Shown here in pieces: positions 43,374 to 56,976 of a stretch of DNA of 64,000 nt; positions within the stretch are counted from its first letter, which is position 1; each line of letters begins with the position of its first letter. Both the position numbers and the translations under genes were made by a program. The notes beneath the pieces are model-generated. The model had not been told where the DNA came from. It saw nothing but the letters and a program-made list of their open reading frames with translations, and searched no databases. Origin of the DNA: an uncultured Verrucomicrobiae bacterium. Its GTDB lineage: Bacteria > Verrucomicrobiota > Verrucomicrobiia > Chthoniobacterales > UBA10450. The stretch spans positions 20,572 to 84,571 of the forward strand of contig CAWAYF010000025.1 of assembly GCA_963786135.1 (NCBI GenBank), read 5' to 3'.

Positions 43374-44468
43374 TCACTCAACTCCTATGCCCATCAACAA
43401 TCCGTTCTCGAGCACGGACGGATTGATCGTGAGAAACAGAACGACGCCGTTCACCGGCGAAATGATTTTCTCAAGCACATCGCCGAACAAATCGCCAACC
43501 GTTCCGATCTCTTGCCCTTTACTTGGAGAATCGCCCGCCGCGACCTTCGGATACCACATGCCGGCATTCTTCGTGTAAAGCCACTCAAACTTCGTCAGCA
43601 CTCTTGATTCTTCTGTGGTGGCAGTGTCGGCCGCAAAGGTTTTGGTTGTAGCCACGGCGCTATGCGCCGTCTTCTTCGTTGGGGATTTTGTTTTTACCTG
43701 GGATTTGGAACTTGGGATTTGGGATTTCGGTCCGCCTGCAATCATTCCCAGATGTCCCATCACATTTAGGACCCCATTCACGAGCAATTCCACCTGGTCC
43801 TGTTGAAGCTGTCCCACTCCACCTGCTTCCGCCAAAATCGCTGGAACACCTTTCTCCGCTGCGGCCGCATAACTTGATGAACCTTTCGCTGGCTGAACTG
43901 GTTTGCTGACCGTCAGCACGTATGGCAACCCGAACGCTATCGCGATCTCCTTTGAGCGCACGGCTACATCACGAGCTTTCTTGTCCGCCAGTCCGGCCTC
44001 GGACCGACAAATGACAAACGGCACCAGCGCTTCCGGAATATCGCCGCCGTGAAGATCGATATACGCATCGGCGTGAACAACGAACTCGTGAATGAGAGCG
44101 TGTGTCATCTGCTCGGAATAACTTCCAGTGGAATCGCCGGGGAACACGCGGTTCGGATTCACGTTATCGACCGGACACACGAACGGCGTCCGCGATCGAA
44201 ATGACGGCAAACTCAACACCGGCATCAAAATCACCGTGCCTGCGATCTTTTTCGGATCGAGCTCTTTGCTCAATCGAATCACCGCTTCGATCGCCGGATA
44301 TTCGCCGCCGTGAACACCGGCGTTCACGAACAACACCGGCCCCGGTTTCACACCAGTGATTGAAATCACTGGTCGCGGCTCATCCTTCGCCAACGCCGCG
44401 CCCGGCAACTTGATCAGGTGCCGCTGCGTGCTGCCGGCTTTCAGCTCGCCCAAGATTTGCATAGTCAT
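43374..44468 (-). CDS. succinylglutamate desuccinylase/aspartoacylase-family (M14-like) protein with a low-complexity insertion
   Basis: VLFVNAGVHGGEYPAIEAVIRL...NPNRVFPG...YIDLHGGD. The likely start is MTMQILGEL at 44468; the track start at 44558 lies inside a repeat. The insert is ..KSQIPSSKSQVKTKSPTKKTAHSAVATTKTFAADTATTEES.. Confidence 0.7.
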   Translation of the reverse strand: MTMQILGELKAGSTQRHLIKLPGAALAKDEPRPVISITGVKPGPVLFVNAGVHGGEYPAIEAVIRLSKELDPKKIAGTVILMPVLSLPSFRSRTPFVCPVDNVNPNRVFPGDSTGSYSEQMTHALIHEFVVHADAYIDLHGGDIPEALVPFVICRSEAGLADKKARDVAVRSKEIAIAFGLPYVLTVSKPVQPAKGSSSYAAAAEKGVPAILAEAGGVGQLQQDQVELLVNGVLNVMGHLGMIAGGPKSQIPSSKSQVKTKSPTKKTAHSAVATTKTFAADTATTEESRVLTKFEWLYTKNAGMWYPKVAAGDSPSKGQEIGTVGDLFGDVLEKIISPVNGVVLFLTINPSVLENGLLMGIGVE

Positions 44469-44572
44469 TAGTTGATAGAACGGCTTCGCCTTTGGTTGAT
44501 AGATCCGAGCCGGATTCGCGTCCCTCTCAGCTAAAGCGAAGCGAAGCTGAGCGTTCAATCAACAATCAACTT
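44469..44572. repeat. R2 repeat copies 3 and 4 in inverted arrangement (long imperfect palindrome)
   Basis: TTAGTTGATAGAACGGCTTCGCCTTTGGTTGATAG ... CTCAGCTAAAGCGAAGCGAAGCTGAGCGTTCAATCAACAATCAACTTCT. It fills the whole gap between two co-directional genes. Confidence 0.6.
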
Positions 44573-44575
44573 CTC

Positions 44576-46361
44576 TCATTGCTCGGTTTTTCGTTTGTAG
44601 ATAGCTGCGCCGTAGCCGCCAACATCGAGCGGATCATCGCCACCGTACGCATGAAGTTGGTAATCCCGAGTCAGCCACTCAAGAATTTCACGGCCTTTTC
44701 CAGGGGCTTCACCATAACGATCAATTCCATGCGCGCGCAGGTCGCGACTGATAAGAACAACGCGGTCCGGTGGATTAGCCTCGAGTTCACCCGCCATCTC
44801 GGAATTGGATGGAAAAAAGTAGTAGTAACGCACACTGCTCGGAATCCGAGCGAGATAGTTGATGATAGCGCCTTCCGGTAGAACGACGAGGCTCTTGATC
44901 CTGGCGTCCTGCTTCAGAGATGTGGTTGTGCCTTCGACCAGTTCGCCAGTTCCGTCTAGCTGAGGCGGAAAGGTGTAGAAACGATCGATGCCTTCGCCGA
45001 TAGAGTCCGTTTTCAGACGCAGCAATTGTTGCGAGTCCTGCGCGATGTTGATTACGCCCGGAACAAGCAACGCGAGGACGGCGGTCACAACCAGAACACG
45101 TTGACGGGCAGCGAGCCGTAACCACTCCGGTAACTCACTCAGAAGCACGGCAGGAACGATTGAACCTGCGATGGCAGCTTGAAAAAAGCCGTAATGATAA
45201 ATTCGACCGTTCAAAAACATTCTCGCCATCAAGGCCGTTCCGAGGACCGCCAGCAAGGTCGCGGTAATAATCTTACGCCTGTTCCCGGGCACCGATCGCA
45301 AAGACACTATGAAGCGGACCAAGGTGTAAACGACGAGCAGGCCAAGCAAACAACGACCGACCTCCCGCCAATGTACGGCGGTGGATGCGATTGCCCCCAC
45401 GGCACCCGTGAAAACCACGGCCGATCCGATAGTTACTCGATTAGGTGGCAGCTTTCGACCGAGCCAGCCAACCAGAGCAATTGCGCCGATGACAAGGAAG
45501 GCCACCAAAGTAGCAATGAGATGTTGCTTGAGATTATTGCCAGCCTCCGACATGCCGGAGAAGTCGCCCTGTAAGCCAGTGGAATAATTTCCCGCATTCG
45601 CTGCAATAATTTCCCGGTAAGCGCCCGCCGACATGACCAGGGCTTCTTTCACCGGAACAAAAACGGCGAAGTAACTTGTGAAGGCCAGGGTGGGAAGCGC
45701 AGTCCCGACAAGTCCAAGCAGAACAGCACGCCACGAAGGTAGCTTGTGGTATCGCCAGCACAGCACGGCGGACACAATGATCAGAGCTGCTCCGGATAGT
45801 ATGAACTCCGGTTTTAAGACAAAACAAAAACCGTACAACAGGCCGGCGAGAAAAGTCCTGAACGGCGCCGGTTCTTCGATCCAGCCCGACAGCACATAAA
45901 CCATAGCCAGGCTTATCAGCATGCCGTGGGTCGCTTCGTGAGAATAAGGTGTGGCGTAATTGTAGTTGGCGATACGTACAAGTTGGCTAAACCCGAAGAC
46001 CGCGATGAAGGTAGCAGTCGCTGCGAGAGCGCCGGCGAAACCCCAGGCGCGCCGGCAAAGAAGAAAGAACAGCGCCAGGATAGCTGCAAAAATGATCAGG
46101 TTAGCCGTCACCAGGACCATCATGCCCGGTCGAAAGACGGTGAAGAGCATGGCGTTGAAGTATTGTGAGAAAGGGCCGTAAGCCTCTTCAACGTCGCGAT
46201 AGAGAAGAGCACCCTGCGAAAGTCGCCACGGGACTGTACAGCTCTCGGCCAAAGTCGACGAGCGGGTCGGGCCATTTACGCCAGGAGACGGCGAAAAAAT
46301 AAACAAACAGCGCCAACAGGAACACGAGCCCCAGCCATTGCGCGATCTTCAGCAGACGCAT
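44576..46361 (-). CDS. polytopic membrane protein, GT39/ArnT-like glycosyltransferase (tentative), one frame break near the 5' end
   Basis: 576-aa ORF with at least 10 hydrophobic helices and a soluble C-terminal domain. Manual N-terminus MRLLKIAQWLGLVFLLALFVYFFAVSWRKWPDPLVDFGRELY from ATG 46361 joins near 46240. Confidence 0.45.
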
Positions 46362-46376
46362 GGAGAGACTATTTAA

Positions 46377-46560
46377 TCAGGAATCCAGGAATCAGGAACT
46401 CAGGAAAACAGAAAAAAGAATTATCCGTATCCGTCTAAATCCGCGTAATCCGCGGTTAAGAAAATTCGTGCTTTGAAACTCGGTCGCTGCCCGCGCTCCC
46501 TCGTAGCTTTACCTTCTATCTCGGAAATCCCTTTCCTCGATTCTTGCGTTCCTCAGAGAT
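46377..46560. repeat. R3 composite leader repeat, copy b, including four tandem TCAGGAA heptamers
   Basis: TCAGGAA-TCCAGGAA-TCAGGAA-C-TCAGGAA (46377..46406), then ATCCGCGGTTAAGAAAATTCGTGCTTT and TTCCTCAGAGAT, with about 65 nt extra between the boxes. Confidence 0.5.
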
Positions 46561-46573
46561 TTCGGCGCTCGGA

Positions 46574-47370
46574 TCAGTGCCTGTCCGGCTCGGACTTTTC
46601 GAAAAATGACGGATCGATTGGCGGATTGACGTTGATTTCCTTGATCAGCGAACTTTCCAGCAACTTGCTGGTCTTCAAATCGGTTTCCGATCCCGCGAAC
46701 GGAAATTGCACGCCGTTTATTTTTCGAAAATCCCAACTCTTCTGTTCAATCGTCGTTGGAGTCGGGTCGATGTCCACGTGCAACGGGCGAATGTCGCGCC
46801 GCCGCGTGATCAACCAGCTGTTCGGGTCCACATAGAGCGTAGTGCGATAACCATCCTTCAACGTCAGTGGCAGTGCATAGTAGTTGATCCCGTCGATCTT
46901 CTCTCGCCCGACGAGTTCGATCTGATGACCTCGCTGTTTGAGCTCGTGCAGACCGAAAAGTTTTCCGGGAAGCTCGACTCCGTGTTGTAGCGCAGCGGTT
47001 GCTTTGCCGAGGCAGGCTTCGATTCCTTTCCGTTCCACTCCCAGCCGTGCTCTCCGTCAAATGCTTCTGTGAAAACGTGTTTCCCCGCCGCCGAGACGTC
47101 GATCCGCATCCGGCCCGGCCGCGCCGCATAATAAATCCCGTCGGCCTCAAATCCCGGGTCACTGATATGCAGGTCCACTGCGATTGATTGAATCGCCTCG
47201 ATCGCAGCCCGGCCGCCCATCGCCTTGCTATTGCGATCCACAACATCGTCGACCGTGAACGCACGATTGCAGCCGAATAAGGCCACCACCAAGCCGCATC
47301 CGGCGATCAACGAAATCAAATTGGTGGCACATCTTGGAAGCATCCAACCAAGGAGGCCGCCGAAGACCAA
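46574..47370 (-). CDS. hypothetical lipoprotein, one frame break
   Basis: ORF 46864..47370 has a lipobox region (LISLIAGCGLVVALFGCN). The C-terminal half lies in ORF 46574..47038. Confidence 0.5.
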
Positions 47371-47744
47371 ACTTGTCTATCCACCGGGAAATGTCTCATC
47401 CACGCCTGTTCGCCGTCCGTAAAACGCATCGACATAATCCGGACCGTGTTGTCGGAGCGCCAAAACCAGATGCGCATAGCGCTCGGCGACCGCGTTCATG
47501 TCCGGCGCCGACGCTCGACGTGATCAACCCGCAGAGAACGAAAGCTAAGATCGGGCGCATACCGAGGATTACGTCGAGTGCCGCCTAAAACGTCAAATGT
47601 TTAGGTGTGACCCCGGCTTCCGATTCCAAGGAGCGACGGTTGAGTGGAAATCATCGCCCTGCAAATAAAGGGCCTGGCGCCAAAATCAAAATCAGCGATC
47701 AAATGATAAAACGCCCAAGGCAGCCCGAGGGAGGAGCAGAAAAA

Positions 47745-47942
47745 TTAAGAGGCTGCCTGTGGCAGCTTCGTTGTTTCCAGAGAGCCCTTTAGAGTCAACT
47801 TTGCGGCGTGTATCTTTTGCAGCACGTCATCCGGTAATGGTTCCGGTTTCGGTAAGGGCGTGACCTCCGGCAAATTCTGCAAATCTTCCTTGTCTAAATA
47901 GACCACAGAGAACCCGGTTCCATCCTCTGATTTGATTGTCAT
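47745..47942 (-). CDS. small hypothetical protein downstream of the GAF gene
   Basis: 65-aa ORF, 24 nt after the GAF gene stop, with an acidic, Pro-rich middle. No family was recognised. Confidence 0.35.
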   Translation of the reverse strand: MTIKSEDGTGFSVVYLDKEDLQNLPEVTPLPKPEPLPDDVLQKIHAAKLTLKGSLETTKLPQAAS

Positions 47943-47966
47943 TTCTACCTTATTTTACACTCACAT

Positions 47967-48695
47967 TCATTTTACACCATCGAAAAAGCATAACCCGGCT
48001 AGATGATTTGCGTGAGACCGTGCCAGCGCAGCGATCTCCCGTTGATCAAACCTTGTCGCAGTTATCGGAAATTCGCTATCTAAGGCCAATACACCGACGA
48101 CTTTATCTGTTTCCAAAATGGGCACCGCCAATACCGATTCTATTTGAGAGACAAACGGAATCTTCTTTCGATGCACAGTATTGATAGGGCTCTGAAAACG
48201 AACATTGTTCTTGTCGTAAATAATTATATTTTTCTCCGACCAAGCTCTTCCGATAGCGCCCTCGCCCTTCTTGAACTTCATTCTTAGCTCGTCGTTAGAA
48301 AACGCTGAGCCATCAGGCGTCCTAAAATAGTAAATCTGCAGACGCCAAGCATAACGCCACGTTCGTTTTGGCAGGGAAAGATTGGCGCGAATTGGCGGGA
48401 TCGTGGCAGCACCTTTAATTTGCTTGTAGTAGTCGGTAAGCAAACCGCCCAGCTTCAATTCGATCACATCCCGCCTTTGTTCGACTTTACTCCTACCAAC
48501 TGGTTTACGGCCCGTTAAGATCCATTGCTGAATGAGAAGCACCAAGGTTAAGGCAATCAATACCCTTAATCGAGATGACTCACCGATGTAGCTGTTGTCT
48601 TTGAGCCATCCGGTCCAAGCCCACCCCAAAGCGCAAACTACACCTAAAATGACGTTCAACGTGCGCTTCATTAGGGGAAAAAGATTAGCTAACAA
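47967..48695 (-). CDS. two-TM membrane protein with C-terminal GAF-like domain
   Basis: TM helices LNVILGVVCALGWAWTGWL and LRVLIALTLVLLIQQWIL. The GAF-like pattern is KGEGAIGRAWSEKNIIIYD...IESVLAVPILETDKVVGVLALDS. Confidence 0.6.
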   Translation of the reverse strand: MLANLFPLMKRTLNVILGVVCALGWAWTGWLKDNSYIGESSRLRVLIALTLVLLIQQWILTGRKPVGRSKVEQRRDVIELKLGGLLTDYYKQIKGAATIPPIRANLSLPKRTWRYAWRLQIYYFRTPDGSAFSNDELRMKFKKGEGAIGRAWSEKNIIIYDKNNVRFQSPINTVHRKKIPFVSQIESVLAVPILETDKVVGVLALDSEFPITATRFDQREIAALARSHANHLAGLCFFDGVK

Positions 48696-48844
48696 TGCTA
48701 TAGGAAATACATTTTTCGTATCAAGGCGTTTGTTAGGCAGGCTCCTCGAAGATTTAGACTTGACCCTCTATTACGCTGACTGCTGCCGGGGTCATTGACT
48801 TGCAGTTACTTTTCGCGTTATGCCATCTCAATCTAAAGCAAAAC

Positions 48845-48870
48845 AGCCGAGCCCTTGCGAGCTCGGCTGC
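48845..48870 (-). terminator. hairpin downstream of the HEPN gene
   Basis: CAGCCGAGC-loop-GCTCGGCTG. It is a near-copy of the groEL terminator hairpin. Confidence 0.5.
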
Positions 48871-48924
48871 TTGTTAATTGTTGTTTAGGCTCCTTGCCAG
48901 GTCATGCCACGGTTGTGATGGCAC

Positions 48925-49728
48925 TCATTTTTTTGGCAATACGGTATAGAAAAAACTGACATCAGCATCGCAATCCGATTGAGCGTGATGTTGACGCTCG
49001 CTCTTGATCTGAACTTCAATCCGAAATGTTTCACTAATGTCTTTGTCGGAAAGAACAACGGAAAAAGTGTTATCGTCCTGCCATTTTCCCTCGCGCCCAC
49101 CGCTAGTTATCAATCGAAGAGACTTAAGTGGCTCACCCATTGGGTCGCTCGCCGTAACCACAAACTCGACAAGATCTCCAGAGCGCAGGATTTGCTTTGT
49201 CACGATTGCCCGCAGTCGGGAGGAGTCAGGCGTCCATATATTGCCGATGCTGTCTCGGGCACTTTCAATTCTCGGAAAGTAATCCTCCTTCGTTTCAAGC
49301 TTGCTTCGATATCGGATCAATCGAGTCCGTATCTCGCCCGCGATACCTGTCGCGAGATGCTTTTGATGAGGCAATAACTCCCGGCGGTGTGCCTCCGGAT
49401 CCCGCAACTTTTCCAGTTCGTCTAAATACACGCGCATTGTTTTTAAGTCCCCGAGAGCATCCGTGAACTTGTCCCAGTGTTTTTCCAGAATTGTCCGAAT
49501 GTCGAAAAAGTCGGCGTAGTAGATCAGTCGCGCTTCGACTACGCCGCCTTTCTGACGTTTTGCCTCAATGTCCTTGCGTTCAGTCCATTTCAGGACTCGC
49601 TCCGGAGACACCCCGCATTTCGTCGGCCAATCTTCACCGAGAGACTTTGTCAACATCGTGGCGATGAAATCTCGCAACGCGTTTTCGGTATCCTTGAGAA
49701 CTTGGGTGATGTCGATCTGCATGTGCAA
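48925..49728 (-). CDS. Swt1-like HEPN-domain protein with a C-terminal beta-rich domain
   Basis: Intact 267 aa. The N-terminal pattern is LRDFI...GEDW...W..RK...RLIYYADFFDIRTIL..HWDKF, with the HEPN Rx4H motif R-DPEA-H encoded at 49387..49404. Confidence 0.65.
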   Translation of the reverse strand: MHMQIDITQVLKDTENALRDFIATMLTKSLGEDWPTKCGVSPERVLKWTERKDIEAKRQKGGVVEARLIYYADFFDIRTILEKHWDKFTDALGDLKTMRVYLDELEKLRDPEAHRRELLPHQKHLATGIAGEIRTRLIRYRSKLETKEDYFPRIESARDSIGNIWTPDSSRLRAIVTKQILRSGDLVEFVVTASDPMGEPLKSLRLITSGGREGKWQDDNTFSVVLSDKDISETFRIEVQIKSERQHHAQSDCDADVSFFYTVLPKK

Positions 49729-49748
49729 CGATCTTCTTTAAAACAAAA

Positions 49749-49774
49749 CAGCCGGAGCCTTTCGACTCCGGCTG
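49749..49774 (-). terminator. groEL terminator hairpin
   Basis: CAGCCGGAG-CCTTTCGA-CTCCGGCTG, 26 nt downstream of the groEL stop. On the coding strand it is followed by a T-rich run (TTTTGTTTT). Confidence 0.65.
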
Positions 49775-49799
49775 TTTGTAATTCATTGTTTCGTTCGGC

Positions 49800-51449
<1,650 letters not shown>

Positions 51450-51497
51450 TTAGTTGAGTTGAGTTGAGGAATTAGATTGAAGATCAGAACCTGGCAT

Positions 51498-51797
51498 TCA
51501 GTCCACGATGATGCCGAGGATGTCGTCCTCGCGCATGATCAGGAATTGTTCGCCGTCGATTTTGATTTCGGTGCCGCCGTATTTCGAAATGAGCACCTTG
51601 TCGCCTTTCTTCACGGTGAAATCGACTTTCTTGCCCTCTTCGTTCACCTTACCGGTGCCGAGAGCGACCACTTTGCCTTCCTGCGGTTTTTCTTTCGCAG
51701 TGTCGGGAATGATGATCCCGCCTTTTTTTGTTTCCTGCTCTTCGATCGGCTGCACCAGCACCCGATCGCCGAGCGGTTTTACGTTAACGCTTGCCAT
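51498..51797 (-). CDS. groES: co-chaperonin GroES
   Basis: Intact 99 aa: [44 protein letters not shown]. Confidence 0.95.
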   Translation of the reverse strand: MASVNVKPLGDRVLVQPIEEQETKKGGIIIPDTAKEKPQEGKVVALGTGKVNEEGKKVDFTVKKGDKVLISKYGGTEIKIDGEQFLIMREDDILGIIVD

Positions 51798-51924
51798 AAG
51801 TTAGTTTTTTCTTCTGTTGTTTTTGTTTTTGGGTTGAGCCGGCGACTCCGAAAACTTTCGGGGCCACCGGCAAATTGTTTCTTTAGTTAATCTTCTTCAC
51901 GAATTTCGCGTCACACGTCACTCG

Positions 51925-54036
<2,112 letters not shown>

Positions 54037-54162
54037 CTACCTAGATGATCAGAGGTTAACGCGATAATTGCGAGTCTAGTAATCCGGCCAAATCGAGACA
54101 ACGCGTCACATTTTGCGGTTTCTAGCGTCGTTCAGTCGCGCCACCGCGGCGCACGCCCGAAA

Positions 54163-54315
54163 CAAATCCCAAGTTCCAAGTCACACAAATTCCAATGGCC
54201 AAAATCCAAACGTAGCCGGATGAGATCTTTAGGGGTTTGGGCATAAATTTGCCTGGAGCTGGGGTTTGGAACTTGGAGCTTCCGCCTTGCGGCTTGGGAT
54301 TTGGAGCCTGGGATC
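54163..54315. repeat. R1 palindromic intergenic element, copy b
   Basis: CAAATCCCAAGTTCCAAG..CAAATTCCAATGGCCAAAATCCAAACG ... GTTTGGAACTTGGAGCTT..CTTGGGATTTGGAGCCTGGGAT. It lies about 40 nt upstream of the ORF starting at 54357. Confidence 0.6.
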
Positions 54316-54356
54316 TTCTGCCCGGCAGCGGCATAGCCTCTGCTCGTTGCTCCTCC

Positions 54357-54729
54357 ATGGAAACGACCAACCAGCTCGGTCCGAAAGGTTGAATCCGATC
54401 CGGATATTTTCTTTCACTGCCAGCACTGCAAAGCCGCGTTGGTCGCGAATCGATCGGCGCTGCCGGGCTGAATCTGACCTGCCAGAAATGCGGCCAGCAA
54501 ACGCTGGTGCCGAAACCAGAAGCACCGAACGCAACCGCGATGGCACTACGCGGACGAACTTCGCGGCAAGTTGAAGGAAAACGAATCGCAACGCGCCGAA
54601 GTGACCGGTTACATCAATCAGCTCACGATCCAGTTGCATCGCTGGCAATTGCGTTTGCAAACGTTGAACGAACGCAAAGCGCAGCTCGAAAAAGATCTGG
54701 GCGCAAAGCAGTTGGCGCTAAACTTGTAG
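54357..54729 (+). CDS. zinc-ribbon plus coiled-coil hypothetical protein, about three frame breaks
   Basis: Manual joining gives [10 protein letters not shown] / [16 protein letters not shown]... / [24 protein letters not shown] / ...[57 protein letters not shown]. It has two CxxC pairs. Confidence 0.4.
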
Positions 54730-54839
54730 CGGCAGGCGTCTCGCCTGCAATTTAAGAAGAGCAGCCGGGGACGGCTGCCTCCACAGTCCGGCAGAAGAAA
54801 TTCTTTTGGCGAAATCGTCGTGCACGCGTACTTTTTCGG

Positions 54840-55645
54840 GTGCGGCAATATCACGATCTTCTCCGGCTCGTTCTTGGAAGAAGGTCAGCCGCGCGACGAT
54901 CGCACCGGCACGGGCACGTTTTCGGTCTTCGGCGCGCAAACGCGGTTCGATTTGCGGCCGAACGGTCCGGGATTTCCGCTGCTCACCACCAAGAAGCTGC
55001 ACATCAAGTCGATCATTTACGAGCTGCTCTGGTTTTTGCGCGGCGACACCAACATCAAATATCTCAACGAACACGGCGTCACGATTTGGGACGAATGGGC
55101 CGACGAAAACGGAAATCTCGGCCGCGTTTACGGCGCGCAATGGCGCGACTGGCGCGGCGGCAACGGCGCGCGCGTCAACCAGATCGACAACGTTGATCGC
55201 GCAGATCAAAAAAAATCCGGACAGCCGGCGGCTCATCGTGAGCGCGTGGAATCCGGGCGAGATCGACAAGATGGCGCTGCCGCCGTGCCACGCGCTGTTT
55301 CAATTTTACGTGCAGGACGGCGAGTTGAGCTGCCAGCTTTACCAGCGCAGCGCGGATTTGTTTCTCGGCGTGCCGTTCAACATCGCCAGCTACGCGCTGC
55401 TCACGATGATGGTCGCGCAGGTTGTCGGTCTGAAGCCGGGCGATTTCGTCCACACCTTCGGCGATCTGCATCTTTACACCAATCATCTCGAGCAGGCGCG
55501 CGAGCAACTGACTCGCGAATGCCGGCCTCTGCCGCAGATGAAATTGAATCCGGCGGTGAAAAACATCCACGACTTCAAGTTCGAGGATTTCGAACTCGTC
55601 GGTTACGACCCGCATCCGTCGATCAAGGCGCCGATCGCGGTATGA
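54840..55645 (+). CDS. thyA: thymidylate synthase (ThyA type), two frame breaks
   Basis: [12 protein letters not shown] (ORF 54840) / [26 protein letters not shown]...[25 protein letters not shown] (ORF 54820) / [20 protein letters not shown]...[12 protein letters not shown]...[18 protein letters not shown]...APIAV (ORF 54806..55645). Confidence 0.9.
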
Positions 55646-56211
55646 GAACATTCCTGGTCGGGTCGGCCTTGCTGGTAGCAACAACAAGGTTCGCGCTGGC
55701 TGCATCGATGCACATCGTCGCCTACGGCGACAGCGGCGTTTACGGCAAAGGCGTTGCCCGAAACGAAACGTATCCGGCGCAGCTGCAGCGAATGCTCCAG
55801 CAAAAAGGTTACGACGTCACGGTCACCAACGACGGAGTTAACGGCCTGACGTCGGGCGATGCTGTTGCAAACGTAGGCAACGTCGGAAAAGCAGACGTGG
55901 TGATCGTTCAGGTTGGAGTCAACGACGCGAAGCGCGACGTGCCGCCGGGAACGATTCGCCAAAACGTCGGAGCGGTAATCGACAAACTGAAAGCGAACGG
56001 CTCGCGAGTGTTAGTGGTCAGCCATCCCTCGGCCAACGTCTGCGACGTCGCGTCATCGAAAGGTGCGCCGTGCGTGATGTGGGGCGGCCTTCCAGATACG
56101 CAGTATCATGTGCCCGGCGATCCGCAGAATCATTTCAATGCCGCCGGTCTTCACGTGATGGCGTTGAGAATGTTGCCGGCGCTCGAGAAACTACTCGGCG
56201 CGAAACATTAA
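55642..56211 (+). CDS. SGNH/GDSL-family hydrolase, secreted
   Basis: [21 protein letters not shown] signal, then [12 protein letters not shown] (GDS block), GVNGLTSGD and VQVGVNDA. It is read in the frame of track ORF 54820..56211, and its ATG overlaps the thyA TGA. Confidence 0.7.
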   Translation: MRTFLVGSALLVATTRFALAASMHIVAYGDSGVYGKGVARNETYPAQLQRMLQQKGYDVTVTNDGVNGLTSGDAVANVGNVGKADVVIVQVGVNDAKRDVPPGTIRQNVGAVIDKLKANGSRVLVVSHPSANVCDVASSKGAPCVMWGGLPDTQYHVPGDPQNHFNAAGLHVMALRMLPALEKLLGAKH

Positions 56212-56279
56212 CGCGGCAATCAGCTGCCACCACAGTCGGTTTGCGAGACTTTCACCGTCAAGTCGGGTTGAAAGAAGAT

Positions 56280-56900
56280 GTGAGGGCATGTTGGGTAACA
56301 CTAATTTTATTTCTAGTCGCGACAGTCGCTTCGGCGCAGACCGAAAATCCGTTTCGAGTTGAAATCGACCTGAATCAGCAAACCGCGTATCTGATTCGCG
56401 GCCGGCGAATTGTAATGCAATCGCCGATTTCGAGCGGACGTTACGGACATCTCACCGAGACCGGCTCGTTCAAAGTGATCGAGAAAGAACGGAACCATTC
56501 CTCGAGCATTTACGGCAAAATTGTCGATGCGAATGGCCGAACCGTCGTCACCGATGCCGACGTGGACATGAAAGTGCCGACCGGTTGCAAATTCGTTCCG
56601 GCGCCGATGCCGTGGTTCATGCGTTTTCACGGCGCGGACGGAATGCACGCCGGTTATTTGCCGGGTTATCCTGCGTCGCACGGCTGTGTCCGAATGCCGG
56701 ACCAATTGGCAATCGCGTTTTACAACGCGGTCGACGTCGGTACGCCGGTCACAGTTTTCGGGCGAACGCCGCGCACCAACGAATATTCTCGATTTGGTCC
56801 ACAGCCGCAGCGCGGTTCGTGGCCGTGGTCCAGGCCGCCGTTCGGTCCGCGGTACGAACCGCCTCCTCGAGTTTACGAGTCGCGGCCGATTGACCGGTAA
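56280..56900 (+). CDS. L,D-transpeptidase (YkuD) domain protein
   Basis: GTG start, then the signal WVTLILFLVATVASAQ. The catalytic motif is GMHAGYLPGYPASHGCVRMP. Confidence 0.75.
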   Translation: MRACWVTLILFLVATVASAQTENPFRVEIDLNQQTAYLIRGRRIVMQSPISSGRYGHLTETGSFKVIEKERNHSSSIYGKIVDANGRTVVTDADVDMKVPTGCKFVPAPMPWFMRFHGADGMHAGYLPGYPASHGCVRMPDQLAIAFYNAVDVGTPVTVFGRTPRTNEYSRFGPQPQRGSWPWSRPPFGPRYEPPPRVYESRPIDR

Positions 56901-56976
56901 CCAATTTTCTGTAGGGGAAGCTGCTAGCTTCCCAACTTGGGCCGAGACGCTAACAGCGTCTCCACAGCGGAAGACT

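Noticed and set aside
47390-47560. A short minus-strand ORF with a signal-like start (MRPILAFVLCGLITSSVGAG), followed in another frame by MNAVAERYAHLVLALRQHGPDYVDAFYG.
   Set aside because: It looks like the 5' remnant of a longer gene, but it terminates within about 55 codons in every frame. It was too fragmentary to call and may be a deletion scar next to the HEPN/GAF insertion.
51840-51872. The hairpin CCGGCGACTCCGAAA..TTTCGGGGCCACCGG between dnaK and groES as an intrinsic terminator.
   Set aside because: The stem is imperfect. On the coding (minus) strand it is followed by an A-rich tract, not a U-rich one. Its function is uncertain, so it is not listed as a feature.
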